64,000 bases of DNA, taken from Amoebophrya sp. A120 (Eukaryota > Protista > Dinoflagellata). A program made the position numbers and the translations under genes. Positions 60,513 through 64,000 of the stretch are shown here, one piece after another. The stretch spans positions 423,866 to 487,865 of the forward strand of contig CAJINV010000010.1 of the NCBI GenBank assembly GCA_905178155.1, written 5' to 3'. Every line of letters begins with the position of its first letter. Position 1 is the first letter of the stretch. Under the pieces are notes generated by a model. That model made no database searches, was not told where the DNA came from, and saw nothing but the letters and a program-made list of their open reading frames with translations.

Positions 60513-63500
60513 TCACAAGGGGCGAAAGACCAGTCCGCCGTCCGCGTCCGCAACGCCGAGCCTGGCCACCTGTCTGTAAAATGCAGCGTCGCTTTCATAC
60601 ACCCTTCCGAGTATATTCACGAACTCCCGGCGGTTTTTGCTCGAAATACGATAAGGTAAGTCGGGAATGTTGCGCTCCCAGTTCCCGTTCGGCCCGTCAT
60701 CCGTCCAATTGAACAAAGGTTGCCGCCCCTCTTCCTCTTTCCGGTCTTCCAAATCTTGAATGACCAACCAGAAATCCTGCAGCAAAGTCGTCCACACCGT
60801 TTCCTTGAACCTTTTCACCAAACCGAGCGAATAATTGAATTGCAACTGTTCGAAACGGTGCCTAATATTCGGAGGTAATCGCTGCCACGTTGGGTTGACC
60901 CGCGTCGGGTCGCTTGCGAGCTGCTCGAATAGCGAAAGGTGCAGACCGCTTGGTTGGTACAGGCCGAATATACCCTCGTTGGATAAAAGCGGATTTCTTC
61001 CCAACATCCAGGCTTCTCGGACCGCCGGGCTGATGTGCCGCATCGTCATCTCAGAGGAGGGGTCGGCGGAGTATAACCGGTTCTGCCCCAGTATGAATTG
61101 CAAAAGTATCGCACTCGTATAAATGCATTACAAATTTCCTCAGCATGAGGAATGAAATTTGTAATGCGGATTTACCTTAAAAAGAAGATTTGTAATGCAT
61201 GATTGCAATACGAGTACGATACTTTTGCACAGGATACCCAGTCGTCCGTCCGGATCGTTGATCGCCCGCCAGATCTCGTCCGCGCCCGGCGGCCGCCGGT
61301 CTTCAAAGTAGCTTCTCCGCTCCGCGCCGCGCTGCAGTTGCTCGATTTTCGTCGACAACGCCGGCGTTTCAAGCTGAAACGTGGTCAAAAACGCGGCCAG
61401 CTTCAGGGGGGAAATCACGCGGCCGCCGTGCTGTCGGAACCCGCGGAAAGGGGAATCCCGGTGAATGCTGGTCTGTTTCAAGTGCTTGATCATTTTCACG
61501 ACCGCCACGTAAAGCGAATTCCCATACCCGGCTTTGTGGTTCCGGCCAGCATTCGGGTTGTGCGCGAAGGTTCGCGCCCGCTGGAGATTCTCCTCCAAAT
61601 TGTAACTTAACGACTCGAAGGAGGGATCTAGCAGCAGAAACCCGACAAACTGCCCGAGTAACGAAAGTGATTCCAATTTGCGCTCCTCCACTTTGAAATC
61701 AAGCTCCGCATCGAGAAACCGCCGCTCACTATTCGGATCCCGCAGCTGATCCTCGATATTGCGATGCGGGTCGCCGCCGTTTGGAATAAAGGGTAGTTGT
61801 AGCAAACCACCTTGTTGGTTTGCATTTGTTCTCGTCGCGGCAGAGGATGAAGTACGGAAAAAGCCTGCAAAGTCGTCAAAGCCGTTCTTGCTTCCAATCC
61901 CAACGGCGTTCACGACGTAATCCAGCACCCAGACGAAGTTTTGAATCCGGGCAAAATCTTTCCGCGACAGCGGGTGGTCGAGCATGTACTTCACGTGAAT
62001 TTCACTTGTCCCCGGCAAGTAGTTCAAATCCCCGCGATGGTCCACTTTGGCCGACATCGTGTCGGCTACTACATTAGCGTTTAGTTCAGCGTTCGGACCA
62101 CCGGCCTGGCGCCGGAGTTGCAGCAAAATCGCCCGTTTGTCTTCCAACAGCTTCTCGACGTTCAGCTCGTGGTACTTCAGAGTTGTGTCCACAATTCGCT
62201 TGGTAAATTTCGCGACCTGCTGCAAAACCCAGCGGACCAGCAGCTGCTCCACCTCGGTAGTGATTCTGTCGACAAGGAATTTGTGCTGGAAGTTGTTCCA
62301 TTCCTCGATTCAGTGCTTGGAAGTTGTTTTTTTTCCTCCGCCGAGGGGGGTCTTCTTGGAAGCTCCTCTGACACGAAGGGGGCGCCGGGTAGAGGAAGTC
62401 CTGGTGGGCGGGTAGAAGCCACAACTGCTGGTTGCGAATACGAAGGTTGGAAACCCGCTGGCAAGGGTTGACGTTGGAAACCTGCTGGCAGTGCTTGACG
62501 TTGAAATCCCGCTGGCAAGGCTTGACGTTGGAATCCGGCTGGCAGCTGCGCTTCGTGAGCAGGTTGGAAACCTGCTGGCAAGGCTTGAGGCTGGTGATTG
62601 TGATGCTCGGCTGGGTTGTACGGCGGAACCGGAGGAAGTTGGTTCTCATGCTGTAGATAGTACCCAGCAACCTGTCCTGGCAGGTGTTGCGGCGGATCTT
62701 CATTCAGTGGTGCTCCTGGTCGCCGAGCTGCATCGGGAATCAACAGTGCAGCGCGCGGCGGTGCCGGTGGTGCAGGAGGTTGATGACCGTTGTTCATTTG
62801 TTGCTGCTGATTCTGATTCTGCTCCGCGGCCCACGCTTCCCGCCATCGCCGGATGGTTTCCTCCCGGGTTCCGGGGTATCCGGGGAAAAAGTCGATCTGG
62901 GCTTCCATGTCGACGGGCTGAAACCTGCGGAAAGAGGCCATCGGGTTGTCCAGACCCAGGGCAGATACGGACGTCCGAGAAGGTAGTTCTTGATCCACTC
63001 CTTCATGGCGGGGTCCACCACTGATCGGGAGAGGCAATAAAGCTGTACTAGCCGAACCAGAAGAACCACGAGGTCCACGACCACCTGCGGGTCTGTTTAT
63101 TCCACGTGCAGATGAACTACTTGCGGATGAAAAAGAAGAGGAGGGTCCTAAAGTCGCAGCTCGAAGTTTTTGTCGCTCTTCCTGCTCTTTCTGTTTTTTC
63201 TCCTCCTGCTCCTGTTCCGCTTTAAAAATTTTTTCCTCTTCAATTTTCTCCAGTTCGTCTTCGACCAACTTCCGCAAATACGTCTTGAACCCCTTCCGCA
63301 CCCCGTTTGAAGAACACAACAGCTGCAAAACCTGGTCCAAATACACCCGCAACTCCTCATACGCGTGCTCGTCCCGCACCTTCTGTACGCGGTAGTTGTA
63401 GGCCTGCGCCGGGTCGTCCCAATCGGTCTATCAAATGCAAAAGTGTCTGGGTCTGGAAGAGTCGTGCTGTTTTTGCATGACACAGAAGGTCTGGCATGGA

Positions 63501-64000
63501 AGCTCTAGCATCACAGGTTTCGCAAAGCTTCCTTGATGCCGAATCCGCATGACAGGTGCCCCACTTTGGTGACAGAAAGTGGGCAGCTTTTGCTCCCTAT
63601 GCATGAGAGATTTTTCTGCGTTCTGAAATGCGCATCACAGGTTTGTATTCTTCCAGACCCAGACATATTTGCATTTGATAAAGTCGCCGGGCCGTCCATC
63701 GGGTCGCCGTCGTTGTAGTTATGGATTGCAAATATGTCTGGGTCGGGAAGGGTGCAAGGTTTGTCATGCAGATTCGGTATGATCCATGACGCCTGTAATC
63801 CATGATCTAGCATCACAGATTTTTAGAGAGCTTCCTAATGCCTATCCCGCATGAGAAATGCCCTCTGCGCGTAACACAAACTGGACTCCTGTTGCTGGTC
63901 ATGCAATGCAGATTTTTTGGGAATCCAAAGACAGCATTACAAGTTCCAACCTTCCAGAATCAGACATATTTGCATTTCATACTAGTCCTCTTGGAGCAAA
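60513..64000 (-). CDS. Paralogue 2 of 53579-58367, 5'-truncated by the window edge; 3 introners, a Pro/Gln-rich insertion and an unexplained frame change near 62310
   Basis: EHAYEELRVYLD..VRKGFKTYLRKLV versus KYAYPMLKNFLE..VRVELKHYIRSLV; EVEQLLVRWVLQQVAKF versus EIELLIVRWVLQQAAKF. Confidence 0.75.
61092..61236. mobile_element. Introner family B
   Basis: TSD cccag/cccag; removal gives DGRLG-QNRLY. Confidence 0.93.
62444..62590 (-). repeat. Coding tandem repeat, five LPAGFQ-containing units (mostly 27 nt)
   Basis: QALPAGFQP...QLPAGFQRQALPAGFQRQALPAGFQRQPLPAGFQP. Confidence 0.9.
63429..63680. mobile_element. Introner family A
   Basis: TSD cggtc/aagtc (3 of 5); removal gives GPAT-DWDDP. Confidence 0.88.
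63720..63981. mobile_element. Introner family A
   Basis: TSD gtagt/ctagt; removal gives LQED-YNDGD. Confidence 0.9.

Noticed and set aside
1679-63981. Recurrent peptides in the ORF track (CAKVSYSY, LPDPDIFAF, MLRKFVMHLYEYD, CKNVWVWK) as a repeated protein domain
   Set aside because: They are translations of introner TIRs in various frames and strands; the host frames make sense only when these segments are removed.

Overview
Eukaryotic, intron-rich genomic DNA. Every gene model I can support (about 14) lies on the minus strand. Recognisable products are a class IV (SIRT6/7-like) sirtuin, an NRS/ER-type nucleotide-rhamnose epimerase/reductase and an SLC38/AVT-type amino-acid transporter. The rest are a coiled-coil protein with a PH-like end, a secreted Cys-rich protein, two diverged paralogues of an unknown large protein and several hypothetical or decayed ORFs. 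The dominant feature is a set of 35 MITE-like elements in at least 8 families. They have TA(T/C)...(A/G)TA termini, terminal inverted repeats (TIRs) and a 5-bp target-site duplication (TSD), and all sit inside coding sequence. Deleting each element plus one TSD copy restores the reading frame, so they behave as non-canonical introns (introners). This resembles the IR/DR introners reported for the parasitic dinoflagellate Amoebophrya (Syndiniales); the organism assignment is my inference. Points that look new: (i) a 1.62-kb giant introner (7052-8672) with ~70-bp TIRs and an internal head-to-head repeat array, which joins two ORFs into one ~1060-aa gene; (ii) imperfect TSDs that constrain the splice register; (iii) splicing that works in either element orientation; (iv) a shared end architecture and internal motif across families; (v) eroded copies grading into ordinary GT introns; (vi) a direct-repeat-bounded 3.7-kb cassette encoding an AP2-like/Zn-finger ORF. 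I found no recognisable transposase. All coordinates and translations were worked out by hand and may be off by a few bases.
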